Positions 38,457-49,962 are shown, counted from the first letter of the stretch. The stretch: 56,043 nucleotides of DNA from an uncultured Bacilli bacterium (GCA_947632545.1 CANRPP010000005.1:1-56043), one strand, 5' to 3'. The notes: a model not told the origin generated them from the letters alone. Numbers and translations are program-made.

Positions 38457-39689
38457 ATGACATTATTTGAAGAATTAAAATGGAGAGGATTAATTAAGGA
38501 TACTGCAGGTATCGATTTAGAAAAAAAATTAAATAATGAAAAGATTACATTTTATTGGGGAACTGATCCAACTGCTGATAGTCTTCATTTAGGGCACTAT
38601 TCATCACTTGTTACTGCAAAAAGATTAGCTATGGCAGGGCATCATCCTATACTTTTAGTAGGAGGCGCAACAGGATTGATTGGAGATCCTAGACCAACAT
38701 CAGAAAGAGAAATAATTTCTAAAGAAGTTTTAGAAAATAATTTAGTATGTATAAAAAAGCAAGTAGAAGATGTATTTAAGGGAAATGTAGAAGTAGTAAA
38801 TAACAATGATTGGATGAGGCAGTTTACTTTTACAGACTTTTTACGTGAAGTGGGTAAATATATTAATATAAATTATATGTTAGATAAAGATATTATTAGA
38901 AGAAGATTAGAAACAGGTATAACTTTTGCGGAATTTGCATATACACTAATTCAAGGCTATGACTTTCTTCACTTATTTACAGAAAAAAATTGCATTATGC
39001 AAGTAGAAGGTTCAGATCAATGGGGTAATATTACAACAGGTATAGATCTAATCAGAAAAAAAACAGGTAAAGAAGCTTATGCATTTACTATGCCACTTGT
39101 AGTAGACAAATATGGTAAAAAATTTGGAAAAAGTGAAGGAAATGCTTTATGGTTAGATGAAGATAAAACTTCAAGTTATGAATTATATCAATATTTAATT
39201 AATGTAGATGATGAAAATGTAATAGATTATTTAAAAATATTTACTTTTTTAACAAAAGAAGAAATAGAAGAATATGAAAGAAAAAATAGAAACCATCCAG
39301 AATTAAGAGAAGCCCATAAAGCTCTTGCTAGAGAAATTATTACAGATTTACATGGAGAAAAATCTTATAATACAGCTGTAGAAATAAGTGAGGCACTATT
39401 TAATGGTGATATTAAAAAATTAAATAGCAAAGAAATAGAAATGGCATTTAAAGGTTTAACACCTAAAACTATAAATGATGATATTAATATTATTGATTTA
39501 TTAGTCGAAAAAGAAATTTGCTCTAGTAAAAGGGAAGCTCGTGAATTTGTTACTAATGGATCAATCACAATTAATGGAGATAAGATAACTGATACGGAGT
39601 TTAATGTTACAAAAAGTGTTGCAATAGAACAAAAATATGTAGTTATAAGACGTGGTAAAAAGAAATATTATATAGTTGTATACTCATAA
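38457..39689 (+). CDS. tyrS: Tyrosine-tRNA ligase
   Basis: DPTADSLHLGH, Y.LIQGYD, GSDQWGNI, KFGKS, C-terminal S4 domain. Confidence 0.98.
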   Translation: MTLFEELKWRGLIKDTAGIDLEKKLNNEKITFYWGTDPTADSLHLGHYSSLVTAKRLAMAGHHPILLVGGATGLIGDPRPTSEREIISKEVLENNLVCIKKQVEDVFKGNVEVVNNNDWMRQFTFTDFLREVGKYININYMLDKDIIRRRLETGITFAEFAYTLIQGYDFLHLFTEKNCIMQVEGSDQWGNITTGIDLIRKKTGKEAYAFTMPLVVDKYGKKFGKSEGNALWLDEDKTSSYELYQYLINVDDENVIDYLKIFTFLTKEEIEEYERKNRNHPELREAHKALAREIITDLHGEKSYNTAVEISEALFNGDIKKLNSKEIEMAFKGLTPKTINDDINIIDLLVEKEICSSKREAREFVTNGSITINGDKITDTEFNVTKSVAIEQKYVVIRRGKKKYYIVVYS

Positions 39690-39700
39690 AAGGTGATTAT

Positions 39701-40909
39701 ATGAACAAAATATATAAAAGAATAATAAAAATAATAGTTGCTATATGTATTATTATTTTAATAGTGGATATAATTTATTTAATATATATAAGTTCCAAGA
39801 AAAAACAAAAGTTATACTTTGATACTATAAATGCTTTTGAAATAACTAACGATGGTATAATTTCTGTAGGTAGTTATAATAAAGATGGTTATGAAAAAGC
39901 AAAATTAACTAAATATAATTCAAAGAATAAAAAAACAATAGAAAAAATATATAGTAAAAAATATAATAGTAGTTATTTTAATGTTAAAAAAGATGATAAT
40001 TACTTTATTGCAGTAGGAGATTATGAAGCAAATAAAAGTGAAAATAAAAATAATGTAAGATCTGCATTAATAGTAAAATATGATAAAAATGGAAAAATTA
40101 TAAAAGAAAAAAGATTTCAAGTGCTAGGAGATTCTAAATTTACTAATATTTTGGTTGTATCAGATGGATATATTGTATCAGGTCAAAGTATATATGAAAA
40201 TATGACACTAGGTTTATCTGATGAAGGAGGAGCATTTCTAATAAAATATGATAAAGATTTAAATGAAGTATGGAGAAGTAATTATGGAGGCTCTAAATCG
40301 GCAATATATAACGACTTAATAATAATAAATAGCAACATATATGCTATTGGAAAAGATTCTGTAAATACAGGAATTATATCAAAATATAATATGGATGGTA
40401 CAAGAATTACTACAACTAACTATAGTTATACAGATAGTATTGGTTTTACTAGTATAGTAAATATGAACAATAGTTTATATGTAGTAGGTTCTAAAAAAGT
40501 AAAAAAAGATAAATCATCATATGATACAGATAGTTTAATAGTAAAATATAATTATGATTGCCAAAAATTAGATGAAAAAATATATAGAGGTAAGGGTATA
40601 GAAAGATTTAATAAAGCGATAGTAGATAACAAAAATATTGTTATTGTAGGACAAACAGGAATTTATAATAAGAAAAAATCTACTGATAAAGAAAATGTAT
40701 TTGATTATAATGGTATACTAGCTATATATAATAGTAATTTAAAAAGAATAAAGTTATTAAATTATAAAAAAAATACTAATAATTATTTTACTGATATAAA
40801 AAAACATAATAATAATTTTATAATTAGTAGTTATCATTCTAATAAAAATGGTTATGCTTCTGAATTTATTAATTATAACAATTCTTTTCAGTTAATAGGA
40901 GAAAAATAA
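39701..40909 (+). CDS. Membrane-anchored beta-propeller-like protein
   Basis: N-terminal TM; about 7 repeats of 'IAVG...ALIVKYD..G'. Confidence 0.7.
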   Translation: MNKIYKRIIKIIVAICIIILIVDIIYLIYISSKKKQKLYFDTINAFEITNDGIISVGSYNKDGYEKAKLTKYNSKNKKTIEKIYSKKYNSSYFNVKKDDNYFIAVGDYEANKSENKNNVRSALIVKYDKNGKIIKEKRFQVLGDSKFTNILVVSDGYIVSGQSIYENMTLGLSDEGGAFLIKYDKDLNEVWRSNYGGSKSAIYNDLIIINSNIYAIGKDSVNTGIISKYNMDGTRITTTNYSYTDSIGFTSIVNMNNSLYVVGSKKVKKDKSSYDTDSLIVKYNYDCQKLDEKIYRGKGIERFNKAIVDNKNIVIVGQTGIYNKKKSTDKENVFDYNGILAIYNSNLKRIKLLNYKKNTNNYFTDIKKHNNNFIISSYHSNKNGYASEFINYNNSFQLIGEK

Positions 40910-41445
40910 TGAAAATAACTATAGTAAGACATGGTGAAACTGATTATAATAAAAATAATATATTACAAGGTAGAAGTAATATATCATTAAATGATGCTGG
41001 AAGAAGGCAATGTAAGAGATTAAAATATAAATTAAAGGATGAAAAGTTTGATATATGTTTTTCTTCTCCTTTAGTACGAGCAGTTGAAACAGCTATGATT
41101 TTAGTAGGAGATAGAGTTGAAATAAAAATTGATGATAGATTAATTGAAAGAAATTTAGGTAATTATGAAGGAAAAGAAGTTACAGGATATGATTCTATAA
41201 AACATTGGGATTATAATCTAAACTTAAATGATAATGGCATAGAACCAATTAAAGATATCATAAAAAGAGTTGATGATTTTGTAACTTATTTAAAGAATAA
41301 TTATATGGATAAAGATATTCTAATAGTAACTCATGGTGGTATCGTGAGAGCACTTTATCATATTTTAAATAATACTGATTTAAATAGTAAATTATGTAAC
41401 TTTAATATAGATAATTGTTATATTACAACTATAGAGATAAAATAA
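40909..41445 (+). CDS. Histidine phosphatase (PGM-like) family protein
   Basis: VRHGET, SSPL.RA..TA, ER..G..EG, LIVTHGG. Confidence 0.93.
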   Translation: MKITIVRHGETDYNKNNILQGRSNISLNDAGRRQCKRLKYKLKDEKFDICFSSPLVRAVETAMILVGDRVEIKIDDRLIERNLGNYEGKEVTGYDSIKHWDYNLNLNDNGIEPIKDIIKRVDDFVTYLKNNYMDKDILIVTHGGIVRALYHILNNTDLNSKLCNFNIDNCYITTIEIK

Positions 41446-41473
41446 AAAAATTCCATTTAGGAATTTTCTTGTT

Positions 41474-41869
41474 TTATACTTTTAATTTTTGAGTTGGTTT
41501 TTTTGCTGATGCAAAATTATCAATACTATCTTCTAACGAAGTATTACCTTTTAAAATAGTAGAATCTGCAATTGTATTAAAAGGTGTTAGATGTACTTCA
41601 TATAAAACATCATTGTTACTATATTCATAATCTTTATATGAACTATCTATATCATAAAAATAAGCTTTTCCTGTAGCAAAATCTAAATATTGAGTATTAG
41701 AAAGAGCAGGAGAATATGTAGATAGATAATTATCATAAAATCCAATATTAATATCATTAGACATCATTGTTTTATATAATATATAAGTGTCCCCTTTTTT
41801 ATTAAACTTTCCTAAATCATTTTCATTAATTAATAAAAGTCTAAGAGGTGTCTTACTATAACATTTCAT
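41474..41869 (-). CDS. Hypothetical protein (orphan)
   Basis: RBS AAAGGGG; TTGACT-N17-TAAAAT promoter upstream. Confidence 0.7.
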   Translation of the reverse strand: MKCYSKTPLRLLLINENDLGKFNKKGDTYILYKTMMSNDINIGFYDNYLSTYSPALSNTQYLDFATGKAYFYDIDSSYKDYEYSNNDVLYEVHLTPFNTIADSTILKGNTSLEDSIDNFASAKKPTQKLKV

Positions 41870-41950
41870 ATAAAAGTCCCCTTTCATTTAGTACTTCGTA
41901 TTTTAACATATTTTATTTAAAAAGTCAATAAAAAAAGGATTATTCAATCC

Positions 41951-42553
41951 TTATTTATTATAGAATTCAACTATTAATGCTTCATTGATATCTGCATTAA
42001 GTTCGCCTCTTTCAGGTAATCTTACATATGTACCTTCCATTTTCTTATCATCATAGTTTACGAATTCAACTCTTTTAGTTACTTTAGATAAAGATTCTAA
42101 AACTACTTTTAATTCTTTATCTTTGTCTTTTAATGATATAACATCTCCAGGTTTACATCTATATGATGGGATATCAACTTTACGACCATTAACAGTAACA
42201 TGTCCGTGATTAACTAACTGTCTAGCACCACGTCTAGTTGATGAAAAACCAATACGATAAACTAAATTATCAAGTCTTGATTCAAGAAGTCTTAAGAAGT
42301 TTGTACCATGAATACCTTTAATTTTAGAAGCTTCATCAAATGTTTTTCTTAATTGTCTTTCACTAAGACCATACATAAATCTAACTTTTTGTTTTTCTTT
42401 TAATTGAACACCATAGTCAGATAATTTTCCATGACGTGCATTACCATGTTGACCAGGGGAATATGGACGACGAGCTAATTCTTTACCTGTTTCAGTAGTA
42501 GAAAAACCAACACGACGACTTCTTTTAGTTTCAGATCCAGTATATCTTGACAT
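41951..42553 (-). CDS. rpsD: 30S ribosomal protein S4
   Basis: [40 protein letters not shown]; ATG 42553 after GAAAGGAG. Confidence 0.98.
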   Translation of the reverse strand: MSRYTGSETKRSRRVGFSTTETGKELARRPYSPGQHGNARHGKLSDYGVQLKEKQKVRFMYGLSERQLRKTFDEASKIKGIHGTNFLRLLESRLDNLVYRIGFSSTRRGARQLVNHGHVTVNGRKVDIPSYRCKPGDVISLKDKDKELKVVLESLSKVTKRVEFVNYDDKKMEGTYVRLPERGELNADINEALIVEFYNK

Positions 42554-42740
42554 ATTGTTCTCCTTTCTATAAATATTACATAAATACTTAAAGTAATTTA
42601 GTCGAACATTAGGGAGTTTTCCTTCACCTAATGGCAACGGTTACTTAACCTATATAGAAAACACATTAATGAACTCTAAATTATGCCATCTAAGTCAATA
42701 TGCAGTATTAATTATATTATAAAATATTAAAAAAAGTCAA
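42554..42740 (-). promoter_or_regulatory. rpsD promoter and about 150-nt leader (probable S4 autoregulatory RNA)
   Basis: TTGACT (42740-42735) N18 TATAAT; long, relatively GC-rich leader containing GTAACC and a CATTAGG/CCTAATG stem. Confidence 0.65.
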
Positions 42741-42880
42741 GAATATGTTAATTTTTTATATAAAATATAAAAATAATATATATAATTTCAATATATTATT
42801 TTAACTTTGTAGCAATTTTTTAAATTTAGTAGAAAAAAAATACTTAATATGATAAACTTAATATAATAGAGGTGTATATT

Positions 42881-44590
42881 ATGGGACAAATATTAGTAAT
42901 TAGTACAGTTATATTAATATGTTTAATAATAACATTAGTATGTTTACTTATTATTAGAAAAAAAGAACAAAAAAAATATATAGATGTTGCTAATCAATTA
43001 GAAATAAATAAAAATAAAATTACAAGTACACCAGTTCTATTAGAATTATCAAAAATTGAACCTCTTATAAAAAATGATTTAATGGAAGATAAATATAATA
43101 AATGGAATGATAGATTTATATCAATTAAAGAAAATAAAATACCTAAAATAGATGATATTTTAATAGATTTAGATTTATATATTGAAAATAGAAAGTATAA
43201 AGAATGTACTAGGAGTATCGCTAAAGCTGAAATGGAAATATATAAAGCTAGAGAATCTGCAGATCACTTATTAGATGAAATAAAAGAAATTACATTAAGT
43301 GAAGAAAAATATAGGAGTATTGTAACTAAATTAAAAACTAAATACAGAAAAACTAATAATGAGTATCAAAAACATAAAAATCTATATGATGATATGCAAG
43401 AAGCTATAGAATTGCAATTAGAAAATATAGAAAAAAATTTCCTAGACTTTGAAAAAGTTATGGATAAAAATGAATATAGTGAAGTAGTAAAAGTAGTTAA
43501 AGCTCTAGATACTATGATAGATCATATTAGTATTGTAGTAGATGAAACTCCAGATATATTATTAATGGCAAAACAATTAATTCCTAAAAGAATGAAAGAA
43601 ATAAAAGATACCGCAAAAGAAATGACGAAAGAAGGATATGCATTAGAGTATTTAAATATTGATTATAATATAGAAGAATCTAAAAAGAATATAGAAAAAA
43701 TACTAGATAAAGTAAAATTATTAAATTTAGAAGACTGTATGTTTGAACTTAAAACTATTCTTGATTACTTAGATTCATTATTTGTAGATTTTGAAAAAGA
43801 AAGATTAAGTCGTAAAGTATATGAAGAAATAGAAAGTAGTTTTAGTAAAAAATTAGAAAAGACAAATAAAGTAGTTGATGATATTTATAATCAATTAAAT
43901 GATATTAAAAATATGTATGATTTAAATGAAGATGATGTAAAAATTATCCATGAAGTTAAAAAAACATTAGTAGTAATAAATGATGATTATAAAAAAATGA
44001 CAGGTAAAATAGGTTCTTTATCAGTACCATATTCGATACTTCATAAAGATATAGAATCGTTAACTGAAAGATTAAAAAAGATGGAAGAAGACTTGGATAT
44101 TGCTTTAAAATCGCTTGGTAACATGCATGATGATGAAGAAAGAGCAAGAGAACAGCTAGAAGAAATAGAAAATTTCTTACAAGAATCAAAAAATAAAATG
44201 AGATCATTTAAATTACCAGTTATAACAGATAATTATTTTATACAATTAAAAGAAGCTAATGAAGCTATAGTTGAAGTTATAAAAGAATTAGAAAAAAAAC
44301 CAATTGTTATAAAAACACTTAATACTAGAGTAGATACTGCAAGAGATTTAGTCTTAAAACTATATAATACAACTAATGAAATGATAAAAACTGCAATTTT
44401 AGCAGAAAAATCTATTATATATGGAAATAGATATAAACCATATTATAATGAAGTAGAAGATGGCTTAAATGAAGCTGAAAATTATTTTTATAAAGGTGAA
44501 TATAAAAAATCACTTGATACAGTATTAAAAACTTGTTCATTAGTAGATGAAAATATTTATAAAAAATTATTAACAGTTTATGATAAATAA
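42881..44590 (+). CDS. ezrA: Septation ring formation regulator
   Basis: N-terminal TM, long helical repeats, I.YGNRY (QNR-patch equivalent); located between rpsD and thiI. Confidence 0.92.
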   Translation: MGQILVISTVILICLIITLVCLLIIRKKEQKKYIDVANQLEINKNKITSTPVLLELSKIEPLIKNDLMEDKYNKWNDRFISIKENKIPKIDDILIDLDLYIENRKYKECTRSIAKAEMEIYKARESADHLLDEIKEITLSEEKYRSIVTKLKTKYRKTNNEYQKHKNLYDDMQEAIELQLENIEKNFLDFEKVMDKNEYSEVVKVVKALDTMIDHISIVVDETPDILLMAKQLIPKRMKEIKDTAKEMTKEGYALEYLNIDYNIEESKKNIEKILDKVKLLNLEDCMFELKTILDYLDSLFVDFEKERLSRKVYEEIESSFSKKLEKTNKVVDDIYNQLNDIKNMYDLNEDDVKIIHEVKKTLVVINDDYKKMTGKIGSLSVPYSILHKDIESLTERLKKMEEDLDIALKSLGNMHDDEERAREQLEEIENFLQESKNKMRSFKLPVITDNYFIQLKEANEAIVEVIKELEKKPIVIKTLNTRVDTARDLVLKLYNTTNEMIKTAILAEKSIIYGNRYKPYYNEVEDGLNEAENYFYKGEYKKSLDTVLKTCSLVDENIYKKLLTVYDK

Positions 44591-44649
44591 GAAAACTATT
44601 TAGTTTTTCTTTTTTATATGTTAAACTATATACGTTTGGAGTGATATAT

Positions 44650-45837
44650 ATGGATAGAGTTATCTTAATAAAATATGGAGAACTTACTACAAAAAAAGGT
44701 AATAGAAATTTTTTTATTAATACTTTATATAATAATATAAAAGATAAATTAGATGGCTTTAATGTAAAAATAGTTAAAGATAGATCAAGAATGTATATAG
44801 AATTTTTAGATAGCGAATTAGATAAAATAAAAAAAGTTATTGATAATATATTTGGTATTCATATGTATCATATTGCATATATAGTAGATACTAATATAGA
44901 AGAGATTAAAAATAAATTACTTGATATAATGAAAAGTAAAAGTTTTAAAACATTTAAAATTGAAACTAAAAGAAGTGATAAGACATTTGCTTATAACAGT
45001 ATGGAAGTTAATCCTATTCTAGGTGGGCATCTTTTAAAAAATATTGATAATATAAGTGTTGATGTTCACAATCCTGATATTTTAGTTAAAGTTGAAATTA
45101 GAAATAAACATTCATATATTTATACAAATAGTTATAAAGGTAGTGGTGGCTATCCTATCGGTACTCAAGCTAAAGGTATGCTAATGCTTAGTGGTGGAAT
45201 AGATTCACCTGTTGCTGGATATCTTGCAATGAAACGTGGAATAAAGTTAGATGCTGTATATTTTGAGGCTATACCACATACTAGCCTAGATGCTAGAAAT
45301 AAGGTAATTGAACTAACTAAAAAATTAGTAAAATATACAAATGAAATAAATTTGCATATAGTTAATTTTACTAAAATTCAAGAAGAAATATATAAAACAG
45401 CAGATGATACATACTGTATTACTATTATGCGTAGAATGATGTATAAAATAATGGAAAAACTTGCTAAAAAAAATAAAGCTTTAGTTATAATTAATGGAGA
45501 ATCAATTGGACAAGTAGCATCTCAAACTTTAACAAGTATGTCAGTGATAAATAGCGTTACTAATATGCCAGTTATTAGACCAGTAGCATGTTTAGATAAA
45601 CTAGAAATAATTGACATAGCAAAAAAAATAGATACATATGAAACTAGTATTTTACCATATGAAGATTGTTGTACAATATTTGTACCAAAACATCCCGTAA
45701 TTAATCCAAAATTATCAGAATGTCTTAAAATGGAAGAAAAAGTTGACTATGATAAAATGATAGATAAAGCAGTAGAAGATATCTATACTATTAAAATAAA
45801 AGATGAAAAAGATATAAAATTTAAAAATTTATTATAG
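44650..45837 (+). CDS. thiI: tRNA 4-thiouridine synthase
   Basis: KYGEL..K..NR, THUMP domain, SGGIDSPVA, GESIGQVASQT, EDCC. Confidence 0.96.
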   Translation: MDRVILIKYGELTTKKGNRNFFINTLYNNIKDKLDGFNVKIVKDRSRMYIEFLDSELDKIKKVIDNIFGIHMYHIAYIVDTNIEEIKNKLLDIMKSKSFKTFKIETKRSDKTFAYNSMEVNPILGGHLLKNIDNISVDVHNPDILVKVEIRNKHSYIYTNSYKGSGGYPIGTQAKGMLMLSGGIDSPVAGYLAMKRGIKLDAVYFEAIPHTSLDARNKVIELTKKLVKYTNEINLHIVNFTKIQEEIYKTADDTYCITIMRRMMYKIMEKLAKKNKALVIINGESIGQVASQTLTSMSVINSVTNMPVIRPVACLDKLEIIDIAKKIDTYETSILPYEDCCTIFVPKHPVINPKLSECLKMEEKVDYDKMIDKAVEDIYTIKIKDEKDIKFKNLL

Positions 45838-45861
45838 GTATAAATTACCAATACAATTTAT

Positions 45862-45890
45862 GTATTATTTGGTAGAAATTTCACACTCTA
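45862..45890 (+). promoter_or_regulatory. sigma-G-like promoter
   Basis: GTATT-N17-CACTCTA upstream of the SASP gene. Confidence 0.55.
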
Positions 45891-45911
45891 TAAATGTAGG
45901 AGGTGAAATAC

Positions 45912-46127
45912 ATGAACAAATCAAATAATACTTCAAGTATGAAAATGAGAGTTCCAGGAGCTAAACAAGCTATCGATAAAATGAAATATGAAATAGCTAA
46001 TGAGTTCGGTGTTAACTTAGGACCAGATGCTACTTCTCGTGCTAACGGTTCAGTTGGTGGTGAAATCACAAGACGTTTAGTTCAAAATGGACTTAACCAA
46101 GTAAGTGGAAGCTATAATAATCAATAA
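45912..46127 (+). CDS. Alpha/beta-type small acid-soluble spore protein
   Basis: [38 protein letters not shown]; RBS AGGAGGTG. Confidence 0.96.
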   Translation: MNKSNNTSSMKMRVPGAKQAIDKMKYEIANEFGVNLGPDATSRANGSVGGEITRRLVQNGLNQVSGSYNNQ

Positions 46128-46168
46128 TGTTAGCTTAAAAGATAGACTATAGGGGTCTATCTTTTGTT

Positions 46169-47059
46169 TTATATAGATTTTGAACGATTTATTGTTTTCT
46201 TTAAATATTTAATACTAGTATCACTATTAAAACCAATTTCATAATCATCCATAAATTTTTCTACTGTAATTTTTCCATTTAAGCAATCTTTTATTCTATT
46301 TCTCATTTCTAATTGTTGATTTGGATTAAAATCTAAATACTTTTCTAATAACTGAAAACTTAAAAGAGATGATACCACATAAGAATTATTTTTAACATAT
46401 TCCTCATAAGATGAACAGCTATATGTGTTTAGACTACAAGTATCATATAATCGACTTTTTATTACTAAATTTAATTCTTCTTTATCGTTATGTATATATG
46501 AATAAAGTAGTTCCAATGAAATTGGAATAACTTCATGATGTAAATAATTAGAAACAGAGCCTTTATTTTTAAGCACTAAAACATGTCCTAATTCATGGAT
46601 ATATCTACTTTCTAAAAGAAAATTATAATACTGAGAGCAATTTTCAAGACAAATTTTATTTATTAAAATTGGAGTAGTATTGTTAAAAGAAAACTTAAAA
46701 TAAGTACAAGAACGATCATCATACTCAATTGGTATATTAAAAATGCTTATATTTTTAATTTTGTAATCTAAATTTTCATATTCAGAATTTAAATAGTGAT
46801 TAAATTTTTTAATACTAATATATGATACAGTTTTATCAACACCATCTAATAAAATGCCAGACTTACTTTTAACATCTTTTTTTAATTTTGAAAGTTTTAC
46901 TTTTCTTTTATCTTTATAATGATCATAATTAGAATATTGGATATTTCTATTATTATGTAATAGATTTTTGCAGTCAAAGTAATTTTTATTATTTGATAGA
47001 TACATTTTTGCTGTTTTATATCCTATATATTTTAATTTATCATTAAAACTAACTTCCAC
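46169..47059 (-). CDS. Hypothetical protein with zincin HExxH motif
   Basis: YIHELGH plus downstream HEV...LE; GTG start after AAAAGGAG; TTGCTT-N17-TACAAT promoter. Confidence 0.7.
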   Translation of the reverse strand: MEVSFNDKLKYIGYKTAKMYLSNNKNYFDCKNLLHNNRNIQYSNYDHYKDKRKVKLSKLKKDVKSKSGILLDGVDKTVSYISIKKFNHYLNSEYENLDYKIKNISIFNIPIEYDDRSCTYFKFSFNNTTPILINKICLENCSQYYNFLLESRYIHELGHVLVLKNKGSVSNYLHHEVIPISLELLYSYIHNDKEELNLVIKSRLYDTCSLNTYSCSSYEEYVKNNSYVVSSLLSFQLLEKYLDFNPNQQLEMRNRIKDCLNGKITVEKFMDDYEIGFNSDTSIKYLKKTINRSKSI

Positions 47060-47215
47060 AATATCTCTCCTTTTTGTTTGAATATTGTATTATAAAATCT
47101 ATAAAAAAGCAATTAAAAAAATAATAACTACTATAAATAATAAATTAATTTTAAATACTTTGTATAGGAAAAAAAACTATTTTATAGTATAATAAGTAAG
47201 GAGGAGTGATATTAA

Positions 47216-48391
47216 GTGAAAATTATATCAATTAATGCAGGGAGTAGTTCATTAAAATTTCAATTATTCAATATGGATAATGAAGAAGTAATGGTAAGTG
47301 GATTATTTGAAAGAATAGGAATAGATAATAGTCAGTATACTTTAAAATATAATGGAGAAAAGATAACTGAAGAAATAGATTTACCTGATCATACTGTGGC
47401 AGTTAATATTTTATTAGATAAATTAGTATCTTTAAATATTATTAGTTCTCTAGATGAAATAGATGGTGTAGGACATAGAGTAGTTCAAGGTGGAGATAAA
47501 TATGATAAATCAGTTTTAATTACAGATGAAGTAATAAATGATATAGAAAATCTTAAAGAGTTAGCACCACTTCATAATCCAGCAGGATTACTTGGAATAA
47601 GAGCTTTTAAAGAGGCTTTACCTAATGTTAAACAAGTAGCAGTTTTTGATACTGCATTCCATCAAACCATGCCAAGAGAAAGTTATTTATATCCAGTACC
47701 TTATTCATGGTATAAAGATTATAAAGTTAGAAAATATGGATTTCATGGAACAAGTCATAGATTTATAGTTGAACAAGTAAAAAAATTAACAGGTAAAGAT
47801 AATCTTAAAGTAATAAGTTGCCATATTGGTAGTGGGGCATCTATTGCAGCAGTATCATCTGGTAAATGTATTGATACAAGTATGGGCTTTACACCACTAG
47901 CAGGTATTATGATGGGAACTAGATCAGGGGATATAGATCCATCAATTATTCCATATATAATGGAAAAAGAAGGAAAAAATGCTAGTGAAGTAGTTGATGA
48001 TTTAAATAAAAAATCTGGACTTCTTGGCTTAAGTGAAGTAAGTTCAGATTATAGAGATATTCAAAAAGGAATGAGTGAAGGTGATGATAGCTGTATCCTT
48101 GCTAATGAAAAAATGATAAAAACAATTGTTGGATATATTGCTAATTATTATGTATTATTAGAAGGAGCAGATGTAATAACATTTACAGCTGGACTTGCAG
48201 AAAATAGTGTTGCTTTAAGAGCTAAAATAATTGAAAAATTATCTTGCCTTGGAATTAAAATTGATAATGAAGCTAATGATTGCAATGGAAAGATTAGAAA
48301 GATTAGTGCTGAAGATTCAAGTACTTTAGTATATGTAATTCCAACTAATGAGGAATTAATGATTGCAAGAGATACATTGAATTTAGTATAA
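47216..48391 (+). CDS. ackA: Acetate kinase
   Basis: NAGSSSLKFQ, GHRVV, APLHN, FDTAFH, YGFHGTSH, TNEEL. Confidence 0.98.
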   Translation: MKIISINAGSSSLKFQLFNMDNEEVMVSGLFERIGIDNSQYTLKYNGEKITEEIDLPDHTVAVNILLDKLVSLNIISSLDEIDGVGHRVVQGGDKYDKSVLITDEVINDIENLKELAPLHNPAGLLGIRAFKEALPNVKQVAVFDTAFHQTMPRESYLYPVPYSWYKDYKVRKYGFHGTSHRFIVEQVKKLTGKDNLKVISCHIGSGASIAAVSSGKCIDTSMGFTPLAGIMMGTRSGDIDPSIIPYIMEKEGKNASEVVDDLNKKSGLLGLSEVSSDYRDIQKGMSEGDDSCILANEKMIKTIVGYIANYYVLLEGADVITFTAGLAENSVALRAKIIEKLSCLGIKIDNEANDCNGKIRKISAEDSSTLVYVIPTNEELMIARDTLNLV

Positions 48392-48401
48392 GGGTATATA
48401 T

Positions 48402-49364
48402 ATGTTTAAACAAATTTTTAAGGAAATAAAAAAATATGATAATATTGTAATTGCAAGACACATTGGTGTTGATCCGGATGCTATGGCATCACAGATAGCC
48501 TTAAGAGATTCAATTAAATTAACATTTCCTCAAAAAAAAGTTATTGCTGTAGGTACGGGTAGTTCAAAATTTAGATACATTGGTGATTTAGATAAATATG
48601 AAGAAATGAAAGATGCTTTACTAATAATTGTTGATACTCCAGATAAAAAAAGAATAGATATTCCAACATTAGAAGGCTTTAAATATAAAATAAAAATAGA
48701 TCATCACCCCTTTATTGAAAAGTTTTGTGATTTAGAATATATTGAGGATACTGCATCGTCTGCAGCAGAGGTTATAATGAAATTTATTGAAGAGACTAAA
48801 TTAGAATGTAATAAATCCATCGCTAGAACATTATTTATAGGACTAGCATCTGATTCTAATAGATTTTTATTTAATAGTTGTAGTCCTAAAACTTTTAGTT
48901 TAGTTTCTACATATTTAGAAAAATATAAATTTGATTTACAAAGTATCTATCAAGATATGTATAAAAGACCATTAAAAGAAGTAAGATTTGAAGGTTATAT
49001 ATCAAATAATATGGAATTAACTAAACATGGTGTTCTTTATATGAAAATAACTGATGATATGATAAATGAATATAAAGTAGATTCTGCATCAGCAGGTAAC
49101 ATGATAAATAATTTCAATTTCATTGAAGAAGCTTTAGTATGGATGACAATTACAGAAGATGTAAAAAATGATCTTATTAGAATATCCATTAGATCGCGAG
49201 GACCAGAAATTAATAAAGTAGCTGAGAAATATAATGGTGGTGGTCATAAAATGGCTAGTGGTATAAAATTAACTAATTTTGACGATGCTATGCTAGTAGT
49301 AAAAGATTTAGATAAAGTATGTGAAAAATATATAAAAGATAATAATCTATCAAAGGAGGATTAA
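48402..49364 (+). CDS. nrnA: DHH/DHHA1 bifunctional oligoribonuclease/PAP phosphatase
   Basis: H...DPDA..SQ, VDT, IDHHP, SIRS, GGGH..ASG. Confidence 0.93.
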   Translation: MFKQIFKEIKKYDNIVIARHIGVDPDAMASQIALRDSIKLTFPQKKVIAVGTGSSKFRYIGDLDKYEEMKDALLIIVDTPDKKRIDIPTLEGFKYKIKIDHHPFIEKFCDLEYIEDTASSAAEVIMKFIEETKLECNKSIARTLFIGLASDSNRFLFNSCSPKTFSLVSTYLEKYKFDLQSIYQDMYKRPLKEVRFEGYISNNMELTKHGVLYMKITDDMINEYKVDSASAGNMINNFNFIEEALVWMTITEDVKNDLIRISIRSRGPEINKVAEKYNGGGHKMASGIKLTNFDDAMLVVKDLDKVCEKYIKDNNLSKED

Positions 49365-49365
49365 A

Positions 49366-49962
49366 ATGGAAATAAAGAAAGCAGATTTGGAAGTTATTGC
49401 AACAAGGCGTAGTCAATACCCTGATAGATCAAAACCAGAGTTTTTATTAGTAGGTAGAAGTAATGTAGGAAAAAGTAGTTTTATAAATACACTTTTAAAA
49501 AGAAAAAATCTTGCGCATACTTCATCAAGGCCAGGAAAGACTCAAACACTTAATTTTTATTCAGTAAATGATGCCTTTTATCTAATAGATGTTCCTGGAT
49601 ATGGATATGCTCAAGTAGATAAAAAAACTCAAGCAAAATTTGGAATGATGATAGAAGAATATTTAGAAAAAAGAGAACAACTAAAAAGAGTTTTTATGTT
49701 AGTAGATTTTAGACATAAACCAAATGAAGATGACCAGCTTATGTATAATTTTCTTAAATATTATAAAGTACCTGTAACTATAATTGCTACAAAAGTAGAT
49801 AAAGTAGGAAGTAGTAAAAGAGATAAAAATCTTCAAATTATAAAAGATACACTTGATTTAGTAGTAGGAGATGACTTAATATTATTTTCAAGTATAACTA
49901 AATTAGGTGTAGAGCAAGTATTACAAAATATAGAACAAATAATTCAAACACAAAGTATATGA
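49366..49962 (+). CDS. ysxC: Ribosome biogenesis GTPase YsxC/EngB
   Basis: GRSNVGKSS, PGKTQ, DVPGYG, TKVDK. Confidence 0.96.
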   Translation: MEIKKADLEVIATRRSQYPDRSKPEFLLVGRSNVGKSSFINTLLKRKNLAHTSSRPGKTQTLNFYSVNDAFYLIDVPGYGYAQVDKKTQAKFGMMIEEYLEKREQLKRVFMLVDFRHKPNEDDQLMYNFLKYYKVPVTIIATKVDKVGSSKRDKNLQIIKDTLDLVVGDDLILFSSITKLGVEQVLQNIEQIIQTQSI

